Positions 1 to 11,343 of a stretch of DNA of 64,000 bases are shown one piece after another. The translations under genes were made by a program, and so were the position numbers. The DNA is taken from the NCBI GenBank assembly GCA_965112155.1, contig OZ218114.1, one strand, 5' to 3'. Under the pieces are notes generated by a model. That model did no database searches and was not told the origin of the DNA. It saw only the letters and a list, made by a program, of their open reading frames with translations. This DNA is from Podarcis liolepis (Eukaryota). The stretch's first letter is position 1; each line of letters begins with the position of its first letter.

Positions 1-159
1 TGTCCTCAATGAATAACTGGATTTTTATTGCCAGCCAGAAGGTGAACAGTGATGGAGACTGGTGTCCCTTGGGAGAGTGTTGCATAATGCCAGTGCCAAC
101 AATGGGAAAGCTTATGGGTTGTATCTAATGTCAGTCCCACTCAAGAGTAGATTTCTAAA

Positions 160-585
160 TCCATGGTTCCCAATTTTGGGGGGGCCACCGTCTCCTTGGT
201 TCCATACACTCATCCACAATGCCCCTTACCACACACTATAGGGCACATCCATGCTAAACTGGTTTAACAGTCAATCCCTCTTCCCAGGGAACTCTGGGAA
301 TTATAGTCCTGGGAGAGAGATGTGAGTCACTTCACAGTTTCTAGCACCCATAACAAACTACAGTTCCCAGGATTCCTTGGGGAAACCATGACTGTTAAAG
401 TTGTATGAAATCGATATATGTGGATGAGGCACATAAAAAGAATTATTCAGAATAGCAGTTTGCATGACACATGAGAATAAACACAGTAAAACGTGAAATG
501 GCAACAATTCAATGCACGCATATTCAAAATCCAGTTAACACTATGTAGTTTAGTTAATTCAAGTCCGCTAGGGAATCACACTGCC
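160..585. mobile_element. Decayed non-autonomous hAT element interrupted by a palindromic MITE (about 240-430)
   Basis: Shares blocks (attattcagaatagc, tattcaaaatccagttaa) with the intact hAT at 40085-40382; insert has inverted ends gggcacatcca...tggatgaggc. Confidence 0.6.
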
Positions 586-1584
586 CCCTCCGGAAGGGGC
601 AATATAGCCCACTTTGCGTCTGGCGGCTCCAAAGGCTAAAGCCAGCCCTCTAAATTGTAGGCTCCATATGACAGGCTCAGATAACATTCTGGCAGCTTAT
701 TCTTTAAAAAAGGTTTTTATTAAATTTGCCTGCAGCACCAACAACAATAAACAATTCATACTGAACACACAGAGTGCAATTGTGGCTGTTGACCATCATT
801 ATGAGAGCCACTGCCATTTTTAAAGGCAGTTCCACACAGAACGCATAGCAGCAACCCTAACCTGTTAGTTATGAAAGGCACAAATAACAGTTGCAGAATC
901 ATGCTCTCTTCAGCACTGGGTCCCAGCAGGGGCCTTTCAGCTCATGACAAGATGTTTGAAAGCCGGTGTGATGTACTTGGTGCCACAGACTGAATAAATA
1001 AATAAATATGGGCCTTGAATCAGCCACATGATGGGTGGAACCCAGAGCTCTCTCATATGACCCCATCTTTTCTCCTTTGCTTGGACCTGCTCCCCCACAA
1101 CGCATGGATGCTGCCATCTCTCACTTCCTTCAAATTCCCCCTTAATACCCAACTTTTCTAGGAAGTCTTCCGCACAACCATGCTATATTATAACTTAGTC
1201 TGTCACCAAGCCTTAATATGCATACATGTTGGAGACAGTTGCAGGAAATAAATCTAAGAAATAAATGGAATAATTGCACATTCTTTCCCTGCCTTCACTT
1301 CCCCTGTTGTCAAATTCCTCTATGTTCCTTCATCAGGCAGGGACTGGTCCTCTTGGACTTTCAAGCATATCGGTGGCATGAAAATAAATAAATAATAGGG
1401 GACCTTGGGCCATTTATTATCTCTCAGTAATAATGTATATCATAGGGTTGTTCTGAAGATAAAATAAGCTAAATTACTGTGTATGCCATATAGGTTTCTC
1501 CGAAAGCCTTGGACAAAATAAGGCGGGATACAAGAACTATGAGTAATATTAATATTACTCTTGCATGGATTCTTTAGCTGTAAT

Positions 1585-1655
1585 CCCTGCATTGTAGGGG
1601 GTTGGACTAACTGACCCTTGGGGTCCCTTCCAATTCTGCAGTTCTAGGATTCTAA
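1585..1655 (+). mobile_element. CR1 LINE 3' end
   Basis: gggggttggacta...ggggtcccttccaa...ttctaggattcta tail; same motif near 26866, 38780, 51577 and inverted near 31510, 46250. Confidence 0.75.
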
Positions 1656-1949
1656 AAAAGATTGAGATAGTCAGATCAAGCTGACGGGACATTCTTTTGC
1701 TCTTGAAGTGTGCAGGAGGCAGCCTTATTCTCGTTTGCAATTATCAGAGATGTTCTATTCCAGAACCATCTCATTCCGCTCTGCGAGATAACATTCTGCA
1801 TCTCCAGAAGGTAATCATTTGCCCAAAACTCTCTGAACAAGTATCCAGAGCCAACTTTATCACTACTAGCATCTAAGCTGTGATAATTGACTGATGTCAG
1901 CATCAGACATCTAGTGAACATTGCTGAAAAGTAAATAAATCCAATGCAA

Positions 1950-2340
1950 TGTATGAAGCTGCCTTGTGCTGCTGCTCCTTGCAGCCAGTATCACTTACTC
2001 TGACTGGCAGCCAGGATCTCATGCAGAGAGAGGTCTTTCCCAGCCTGTTACCTGAGATCTTTTAATACGTGATGTCAGCAATGAAGCAAGGCTCTTCCAC
2101 ATTTAAATAGGCCTGCCCCAAACAAGTACAGTACATGTTCCTTTAATCATATGAAGCTGCCTGGTGCTGCATTGAAAAATTGGTCCAACTTGCTTAACAT
2201 TTTCTACTTTGACTGGCAGAGGTTCTCTGAGTCACAGACAGGGCTCTTAGCTCTACTCACGTCGGATCCTTTGAGATGGAGATGCTAGGAATATAAGAAG
2301 CAAGGACCTTCCACATGCAAGATGGATGTTCTACCAACAC
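1950..2340 (-). mobile_element. Two tandem decayed tRNA-derived SINEs (Squam3-like)
   Basis: Reverse complement of the consensus seen at 33530 and 42194 (gaagctgcct... twice). Confidence 0.6.
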
Positions 2341-3511
2341 CACCAAGAGAAGACACAGGAACCCAAGAGAAGACTCGTGTTCTCTCACATGTTAGTGGGC
2401 AGTTGCATTCTTAATCCCTCAACTCCTGGACCTCAACAATTTGATCCATTGAGCCACAGGAGTGCTCTTATGTTTGTGCATTTCCCACAGGCATCTGGTC
2501 AGCCACTGCAACAACAGGATGCTGGACCAGATGGGCCATTGTCCTGATCCAGCAGGCTCTTCTTATCTTCTTCTGTTCACATGGGCATTCATAAACCACA
2601 CAATAAATCTGCCAATTTTTGTTTCTTCTCTGTCTCCCAAGTAGCCCCCTCAAACCAGTTCAATCCAACGCAACTGCTCCAACTCACTTACAATTTTGGT
2701 TTCAGCCCAGCTAAATTCAACCACTGTCGGCAGCTTCCAACTCATTAAGGGTTCTGAACTGGATTTTGTAAACTACAGGGCATCGGCTGGGCTTTGTACT
2801 ACTTGCCTTGAGAACAATGAACTCAAGTCATGTGAGGACCCTGCGAGGTGAGTCACAGGTTGCGAGGCAAGATGGCACACGAACGCAGAGCAGCAGCTGT
2901 GCTCCATCACAATAGACTGGGCTTCACAACGAGGGGCGTTGGGTTTTCCCATTTGCAAGAAGCCCCTTCGTGCATCTCTCCCTCTCATGACCAAAACAAG
3001 AGGACCCATGACTGAAGTTTCTGAGTCATCGTAGAAACTCGTGGTCAGAAGATACATGGCCATCACTTCAGAACACAGCTCTCTGGGACAGGAGAAGGGA
3101 GCAGATCACTGGAGGTGACTATTTGGAAACACACCTTGTCGCCAAAAGAAACTAAATGGGAGGAAAGATTTCTGGATGCAATGGAGGAAGACCAAAATGA
3201 TGCATCCAAGAGAGAGAGAGAGAGAGCCTCGGGTTTTGGTGCCTTCACATTCCATTCACAAAGAGAATTCACACTTTTGCACGGAAGCCACATGTCCCTA
3301 ACTTTATGCTTGCTTAGCAGCCGGAAGAGTAATTCTATCACTCTGAAAAAAACACTGAAAATCAGACAGGTGGGCACCTCCACAAGAAAGAAAACTCTGA
3401 GGCTTTGGTTTCTTGGTGGAATGGAAGACCCCTGCAGTCAACAGACCAACCACTGGACAGAAGTGGGGCAGGGAGAGGGGCTGGGGGGAAGCAGAATAAA
3501 GGTCCTCTTAC

Positions 3512-3748
3512 CTGCAGCAGTTTCCCTTCAGCTGGGGTGACCTCGGCCACACTTGCGAAGACTCCTTCCAGTGTGAGGGGCTCCAGCTTCAGAGGGATCA
3601 CCCGGATGATTGCCTTCTGGACCAAAGAGCGCTCGGCTTCCATGGCCGCCACCAGAGCCAGTCCTGAGTAGCCCAGGCGTATCTGCAGTGTAGCCATTAG
3701 CAGCCAAGGCCAGAGGACTGCCAGCTGTAGCTGGGGGCCAACACTCAT
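3512..3748 (-). CDS. RNF43: RNF43 first coding exon (signal peptide and start of PA ectodomain); gene continues left of window
   Basis: Translates [22 protein letters not shown]...[36 protein letters not shown], recognisably RNF43 N-terminus; 237 nt, ends CAG|GTAAGA, phase 0; synteny with HSF5/MTMR4. Confidence 0.96.
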
Positions 3749-4207
3749 GCTCCCAGGTGCAGCAGTGCGCTCCGGCCACACATACTGCTCAGGAATGTGT
3801 CCTCACCCCGCCAGCAGGTTCCAACAACAGGCAAAAATTGTTGAGGATTAGAAGCCCTCCGTGTGGCGGCAGCAGTCAATGGGTCAGATGAGAAAACAGA
3901 GCAGGGTTACCTGCCGTCCCTACCTCCGGGTTCTCCTTGTTTCCCCCGTGCTAGGAGGGTTTCTCCGTGCCACGTGTATGAAGGCCTCAAGCTCCACAAG
4001 ATCACAAGGATCAGGTCAGGTTCTCCTCCTCCTCCTCCTCCAGATGAACTCAGACGTTGTAAGCAGAACCAAGGGGGCTCGGGGAGCGTAGGATACAAAG
4101 AGCTCTTGGGTTCTTCTGGGAAGGGTGTCAGAGCTGGTGGTCGGAGAGAGGCAGTTCCCCATGGAAAGACAATCTCTGCTTCCCAAATCCTTTTAGCCTC
4201 TTATATC
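3749..4207 (-). other. RNF43: RNF43 5'UTR portion of the first coding exon
   Basis: Acceptor ccctgtttgccatcctag|GATATAAG at 4208/4207; an alternative acceptor (ttcctttcatgaatttag|G, exon start 4587) is also possible. Confidence 0.6.
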
Positions 4208-5026
4208 CTAGGATGGCAAACAGGGCCAATCCCCTGATATCAGATGGCCTTAGCAGCCCTTGTTGACTTCTGACCAGTGAGTTACTTTTCCCATCTACTC
4301 CTCTCCAAGAACGTTAACTATTCTTGTCTCTCTCTCCTTTCCATGCCACACATGAACAGGCAATGGTGACTGGGAAGGGGCTCCATTTAGGAGTCAGAAC
4401 AGTAAACCAGTTTTTTTCATGTTAAATTAAGATCACTGTCATCAGCTATGTCTTCATCTATTTCTCTCCACCTGCCTCTGGTGCCAACACCTCAGTCACC
4501 TGGTTGTGGGTATTAAAATCAATCTTCTAGGTTGGAATTTTCCACCCGTTTGTCATTTTTAATCCAGATGGTATAATCTGCAACTCCCTAAATTCATGAA
4601 AGGAACAAGACATTGCTCAGATGTTTTTCAGATCTCGGAAATTTAAAAAGGCCCCAAACAGGAAAAACAACTACGGAGAGAGACACCTGTGCGTTTTATT
4701 CCATTCCTATACGAATCTCGGAATTAATATATCCGCTTTTAGATGTGCATTACTGAAAACATGAAAGAAGGCATCCTAAACATTAGGGGAAAAAATATCC
4801 ACCGGAAATCTTCATGACTGCAGAAAATCATAGACATTTATCTGCGAAAATGTTTGTTCAGTCAAGTAAAGGAGGGAAAATATTTTTTTTAAGTGGCATG
4901 CAAACCTGGTATGTAGTTTGCCTCTGAGAATCCATGGGTTTAAGTAACAGCTGGAAGGTTCACTACAAATCCTGGACAAAAAAAAATTTCAGTAATCAAT
5001 CAAAATGTGTGCTGAATCTTACTTAC

Positions 5027-5700
5027 AGATTTCAGGGACTGAGGGGAGAGTGAGGAGACTTGCAGAGACATTCTATACAGGTAAATGTGAAATTCCAGTC
5101 TGAATCAGAAGGAAAAATTGACTCCAGGCTGAAGACTCGTGGGCCAGGCGTGGCGACAATCTAGCTTCCAAAGCAACCTAAAAAAAAATCTTGCTAGGAA
5201 TCCAGGAGCACTTCTGAAAACTCCTTTTGAGTTTGAGCAGAACAACCTCCCCTTCTTTCAGCGGATACAGTAAGCAAGTCTGAGCAGGGAGCAGGAAAGA
5301 AGTTGCTTCAAACAGCAGAAATCCAGCGGCAAACTTCGGAAGGTTGCTTTAAGGGAGAATGTGATCTTGTTCTTCAAAGGAGTAGCAGGGACCCGAGGGG
5401 TTGAGTGGACTTGGGCAGCTCTGCAGAGGTCGTGGGAGAGCTTCCTTTCCAGAACAGCACCACTGGATCAGCTCCTAGGAGGCAAAAACCCTTCCAAAAA
5501 AAACCTGTGGCTCGTAGCTTGTACTCTCTGCTCTCTGCCTCCCTCCCCTGGGACTGCAAGCACTTTCTACCTGCTGACACAAAGTGAGGGTGGAGCAGCC
5601 AAAGGCAACGACCCCACCCCCTAAATCTGGTTTTCAGAGCTCCTAGACTCCCTCTCCTGATCCACGGCTAAACTGCATTCAAGTACAGCCTTCACTTCGC
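5027..5700 (-). other. RNF43: Putative non-coding first exon of RNF43 (5' boundary uncertain)
   Basis: Strong donor ATCT|GTAAGT at 5027/5026 in repeat-free sequence about 0.8 kb upstream of the 4207 acceptor. Confidence 0.5.
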
Positions 5701-6200
5701 TTCTGACAACCGAATCATCTGTTCTATGTAAGCCAGATTTGCTCACTTCTCCCTTCCAAATAACTGCACGCAACAAGAGCACAGATGGAAATTAAAAGTC
5801 AAATGAGTTCAGTCCAAAAAAATTGTTAGGGCTCCTTCATTTGCCAATGTAGACTAACCAGCTTCGCTGTAGCACTTTAAATAGCACAGAGGCTAGTATC
5901 TGTAAGTCACTTCCACACAGGAGCAAGAATCAATTCACAGCCGGGAGAACTGTGTATCCCACAGTTTTTCTTCAGCTCTTGTTAATTTTGATTCAGGAGA
6001 TGTTTCCACCACTGCCGCCACCTCACCCCATCCCGCCGTAGCCACTGCAAGGAAGATTTCAGGTCATGCTGATGTCAGAGACCTGGAATTCAACTACTGT
6101 ATTATTCTCCTCTGACATCACTAAGAGGTGAGTAAGTTTGCAAGTGGGAGTTGTAACTTCTCATGTGATATACTGCACTGGGTTACAGCGTTCAGGTTAC
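5700..6200 (-). promoter_or_regulatory. Putative RNF43 proximal promoter
   Basis: Repeat-free, small GC/CpG patch near 6010-6045, two CRE-like TGACATCA sites (6070-6077, 6113-6120); position between HSF5 3' end and RNF43 leader. Confidence 0.4.
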
Positions 6201-6461
6201 TAGAAAGTCAAGTATCCTGCAATGTACAGAAACTTGTGACAAAATCTATTTTTTCAATAAAATCTATTTAGGTACAGAGAAAAACTACATCATCTTAAAT
6301 AAAAGAAGGAAAACTGCCAAGATCCAAACATTTAGCCAGCTTCACCTTTTGTACAATTGTGGCAAGCTGAATATGGATATTTTTACTAAAGTTCTGTGAA
6401 TTCTGTTAGTTAATTATCTGTCATTATCTAGGTTGAAAGTGTTATGTACGATGGTTTCTAA

Positions 6462-6467
6462 TTTATT
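6462..6467 (-). terminator. HSF5: Candidate distal polyadenylation signal of HSF5
   Basis: TTTATT on + (AATAAA on -) about 2.15 kb after the HSF5 stop; further AATAAA hexamers near 6824-6836. Confidence 0.5.
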
Positions 6468-8621
6468 GCTTTAAATAAAGAGGAGCAATACAGAGCAACA
6501 ATTTTATGCCCACAACACACCCTGTTTCTGTCCAGATCATTCAGGATGTCGGAGGCTTCCACCAACATACTAGGGGAGGTCTGCCAGTGGACATATCATT
6601 CCACTGATGTGGCTTCATCTTCAGTGGCAGGACAATACCTCCATCACTTCCTAAGGCTTCTTGGCTGTTAGATCTTTAAGACAGAACTGTACCATTACGG
6701 TAGAAGGTTACAACTCAATGGATATGCAAGTCTCCTTTCACACTTAGTGGGTGGGATGTTTTTGTAATTCACTACTCAATTTAAAACAAACTACGAAACT
6801 GTAGACTTCTTTGGAGTGGGCACTTTATTGTTTATTGACTACATACATTAGGGCTAAAACTGGAAACACTGAGAAGACCTATTCTGGAGAGTTAACCCTG
6901 TTCTATTAGTTTCAGCGATACTGTGCAGATTTCTATGCAGATTTCTTTAGACAGTGTGAATGTCCTTTTGCTATCTTACAAATGCTCAAGAGCCAGTAAA
7001 ATTAAATAATTGTGCCTATAAATATGGCAGGAGATCCAGCTCCTTGGCCTCTTTGTTTCAATTAGCTCATGGACAGGAGAAAGATAATAAATACAATTTC
7101 CTAATTCCGCTTTAAAACTACAGACCCATGTGAAAGCTCTTACTTTACTGATTGCTCATAAATGACTACTAGAGAAATTTTGGAATAATCCTATGAAAGA
7201 GTGTCAAAAAATCAGTTTTGCCTGCATTAATATGGATCAATACTAGTCTGGCACCAAACACCCATCACTAAGCTATTTTGGATTCAAGCAACATGACTAC
7301 TACAACTCTTACCATTCAGTTTCAGCATCTCAGAGACTCTGCTAGATAGTCCCTGATTACAATAGCATTTCCCAGCTCAATTTGACCTGCTTGTTTTAAA
7401 ATAATACTGAATTTCAAGATGGAAAAACAAGCTTGCAGAAGACTAATTGAGGGCTATCTCAAAGTATTCAAAATATCTGGTAAGATATGCAATGGCATTT
7501 CTGAAGGAAAAGACATAACATTAAGATCTCTGTCTAATATGAGGCTCCAGCCGAGTATGTACATCTGACCTTGGTTCATCCTGCTGTTCACATGGGTACT
7601 GGGAGATAACGAATGTAAGAGAGCAATAAGCTGCAGATCTGTTTGTTCTCTCTGCTTTTTTCCAAGTGCTTTCTTGTGCATTTTTCACAGTGGCAGAATT
7701 TGACACTGAAAATATGAGTGAACTAGCTTAAAGCACATTCTCACCGTGCTACATCATTCACACACAAACACACACACATATATACCAATATACTTACAAC
7801 ACAAATAAATAGGAGTGCAAAGACATGGCTCTTTAACATATATTATCAATAAATATAATTATGTTAAACAAGTTAAAATAGCCTGAGAAGATATATTTAA
7901 ACTAAGCAATATAGTAAAACAACAATTGCCTTAACTAATTATTATAAAGTGCCTCTAGAATGAGGAAATTATTAAAACCCAAGAATGCTACATTAACATA
8001 AAATATGCAGCAGCTATTCTCTTAGACAAGATAATATTTGCTGTTGAAAAGGAACAAATGCAAAAAAGAAGAAAACTTCCTGTGCAATGACCTAGAATAT
8101 GAGCTCATCATTCTGAGTGCCTTTCTAGAATTAATGACCAATTTGGACCTCAGATTTTGAGACCTCAAGTTCCTTTGAGTTCTGTTTGTTTTGGAAAACC
8201 GTCCACCTTTAAATGCTCTCCAAATGAATTTTAAACAGTCCTAAGGGTGGGAGAAGCTGCTGCTGCTGTTTGCTACAACACAGTGTAGACATTCCAGTGC
8301 AAAATAAAGAACATTCTGCAACTGGAACAGCTCCCTGAGAATGTTAAGTTTTTCTGTTTATCAAGAGACCATGTTTTCTACTTTTAAAGAGTTTGGGCAA
8401 ATAAATCAGGAGAAATTGACCAGAAAAAATATTTAAACCTATGAAAGAGGTATAATAAAAACAATGACGGGACTATTTACATGTGAAACAAAAATGACCA
8501 GATAAGGAGAGTGTTTTGTTAATAACGAAGGAAAAGTATCCAAAGTCCTTTTGGAGTGAAAGGCACTGCTCTTCCCCAGCTGGCCACTACTCGGCATTTG
8601 CACACACTTTCCACCAAGTTC

Positions 8622-8692
8622 TCACTCCCTTAATTCTTCTTCCTTTGGAAAATGTTCTTGTTTGCAAGCCACATCCACTAGCAGATGTAGAT
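8622..8692 (-). CDS. HSF5: HSF5 coding exon 6 (last)
   Basis: cctcctag|AT...; encodes DLHLLVDVACKQEHFPKEEELRE*, matching the known HSF5 C-terminus; phase 1 entry. Confidence 0.95.
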
Positions 8693-10656
8693 CTAGGAGG
8701 AATGGAAAGGGCAATTCAATATCTGCTTTGGAGGGCACTGGAAATGCATGCTACATCTTAAGAGGCAGAAATGCATGCTCAGGCCTTCCCTTGCCAGTTA
8801 CTTTCCACATGAAACTCACCCACCAATACCTGCCTTTATCCTTGGGAGGTTCAAGCCCCATGTCAGTAAATTAAAAATGGTTCCAGAGCACTGGCAGCAG
8901 TAACAGAAGACTACACTCTAACCAGCTGAGCTATCCAGCCAGCCCACTCAGTAGTAACTTAGAGCAGGGCTTTCAGGGTGGCTGCCCCTGTTCTGTGGAA
9001 CAGCACACAAGAGGTACGCGGGGTCTGTACATTCTAGAAGCACTTCAAGATATTTTTGTTTCTGAATCAAAAGGTCTCAGTCTTAGGTGTCCAGTTTGTA
9101 CTATTTTAAAATCTATATTTCATTGTTTTGTGTGGTTTAAATTTGTTTAGCAGTATTTATGGCATATTTGTTAACTGCCTTGAAACACTTGAAAAGGTGA
9201 TTCATAAATTAAACAACAACTTCTGTAGGAGCAGAGTCCCAGAGAATGATGGAGCTCTTCCTTTTTGCCAAACCCTTGTCTAGTGCAGTGCATGCCTTTC
9301 AGGGTTTGCTCTGCAAAGGATCAGGATTTCATGACACAAGAGTGTAATGTAACACATAGTTCTCCCCTACTCATCTACAATGTGATTCATGTTAAAAATG
9401 TATTACTGACAGGGCAAACAGAGATTTAACTCTGTCCCTTAATCATTGTCCAGTGATCAGCAGCAGGTCAGCAGATCCTACACTCCCTCTCCTACCTGCT
9501 TGCCTCCCATGTTTAATGTCTTCCTCAGTCACTCTGATCACTGTTAAAGGTTACACTGGAACCAAAGTTAATCACGATGCATTCTCTAACCAGGATTATT
9601 AACCAGCTTCACACCTTGATTATGAATAAACTCGTTAGCACTAACCATCTTTAACACTGAGCTCTTGCTGGGGTGTGATACATGCCCACCCCATTCATAG
9701 GGATATATGCTCTTTCTTCCACCACCATCCCACTCCATCCCCTATTTACCCGCCCCAAAATGGTAAATTCTGTCCTTGGAGGAGAATCACTACAGCCATC
9801 ATTGTGAAATTAGGCAGGCTCCATTCCCTCAGAAGGGGTGACCATACCTGCAAATTGCATTCAACTATGACAGAAAATGAAAATGTAGACTTTCCCCTTT
9901 GTTTTAAAGGTGCTCTGCACAAAACCCCTGGATGATCTGCTATGCCTGCAAATTTTATTCAGTTCAATGAAAACGGGGGGAAAGGTATAGCCATTTTTAG
10001 AGGTGACATTATAGTGAATGTGGAGAACACAACACCCTCAGTTTTAACAAATCTAATTCAGTCCTGAGAGACACAAAGCAACAGTCAAATCTTATGGCTG
10101 GTACACATTCCTAGCATAAAAACTGCTTTGAGTTTATGGGTACCAGATCCCATTAATCCCTATATCCAGCAAATGTTAAAATCTAATCAAGCCAACCTAG
10201 CTTCCTGTGAGGTGATGGCCTGGGTGATGAGCTATTAAAGAGGCTTAGGGGCTCCATGGGAGACACAAATGGTTGGGGGGGCCCTCCCTCAACAGATAAA
10301 ACCAGAATTTAGAGTTTAGGAGGGGTGTGACCTAGAAGAAAATCAGCAAGCTAGAAAGAGAGCCAAAAGCAATGTTTGGTGTCTGTTTGAATCCAAGCCT
10401 GTGGCTATGGGAGAAACAAAAACCTCTTGGGGTGCTAATACTGTTAACCCTTCCATTGTAGGCTCTGGTTGTATATATGTGTAAATAAACCATATATCAT
10501 AAAGACACTTCAGTCCCTGCTGTGCCTCGTTCCCAAAAGAAAGCACAACCCCTGGGTAAGCACCTGGAAGCCCAGGAATTTCACACAGCTCAGAGATTGA
10601 GGTGGCGCACAACAATACATTTGTTTCAACAAATCCTTAAAGCCTGCCATTCTTAC

Positions 10657-10834
10657 CAGGGGATTTGCCCTTCTGTGAACTGCTCCTTCTTTCTCTGCAT
10701 TTGGTTTGGATGGAGGAAACTGAATCTTTGGCACATTTGCTGAGAGGACCCACCTCCGAAAGGAGGAATCCTATCTGCTCTGAAGACACAACTGTCTCTG
10801 ATGGATTTGTCTGACACTTGATACTGGGATCCTC
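10657..10834 (-). CDS. HSF5: HSF5 coding exon 5
   Basis: ttttaaag|GAG...CCTG|GTAAGA; EDPSIKCQTNPSE...QIGFLLSEVGP...QKGKSP; 178 nt, phase 0 to 1. Confidence 0.9.
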
Positions 10835-10921
10835 CTTTAAAAAATGCACAAAAAATCCCCCATGAAGTGTTCACATAAATGTCCTTTTAACAGTCCCTTG
10901 AAGATGTTACTTTACACCATA

Positions 10922-11125
10922 TTATTTATTTGAAACATTTATATCCTGCCCTTACTTTAAGGAGACCAAGAGTACATCTTATATGTACTCAGAATTTTGT
11001 GAGCGAGATTGGACTGAGAGAAAAGGATTGTCTCAAGGTCAACCAGTGAGAGCTTTCTGGCTGAGTGGGGACTTGAACTTAAGTCTCCCCAGTCTTAGCC
11101 CACTAACCACTGTACCACACTAGCT
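10922..11125 (-). mobile_element. MIR-like tRNA SINE with L2-type tail
   Basis: Reverse complement of the family at 43119/52316/55770. Confidence 0.6.
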
Positions 11126-11343
11126 TTCTGCATTACGTCTCTCAGCAAAACCTATACAGTGATCTAAATAGTCTATGTGACATGCAATATGGAATATTTA
11201 TGTTTATAACTTTGGAAAATGAACAATGCTGTAAATAGAAGTTATATTGGTAGTAATATAAATATTGGTTTGTCACATAAAAATATTCAGGCTAGGTTAT
11301 CACTGCAGAATGTCGTACCCCTTTTCACTGCATTACACCATAC

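Noticed and set aside
3863-4237. 124-aa + strand ORF antisense to RNF43 leader
   Set aside because: GTG start, no recognisable homology; explained by GC-rich UTR
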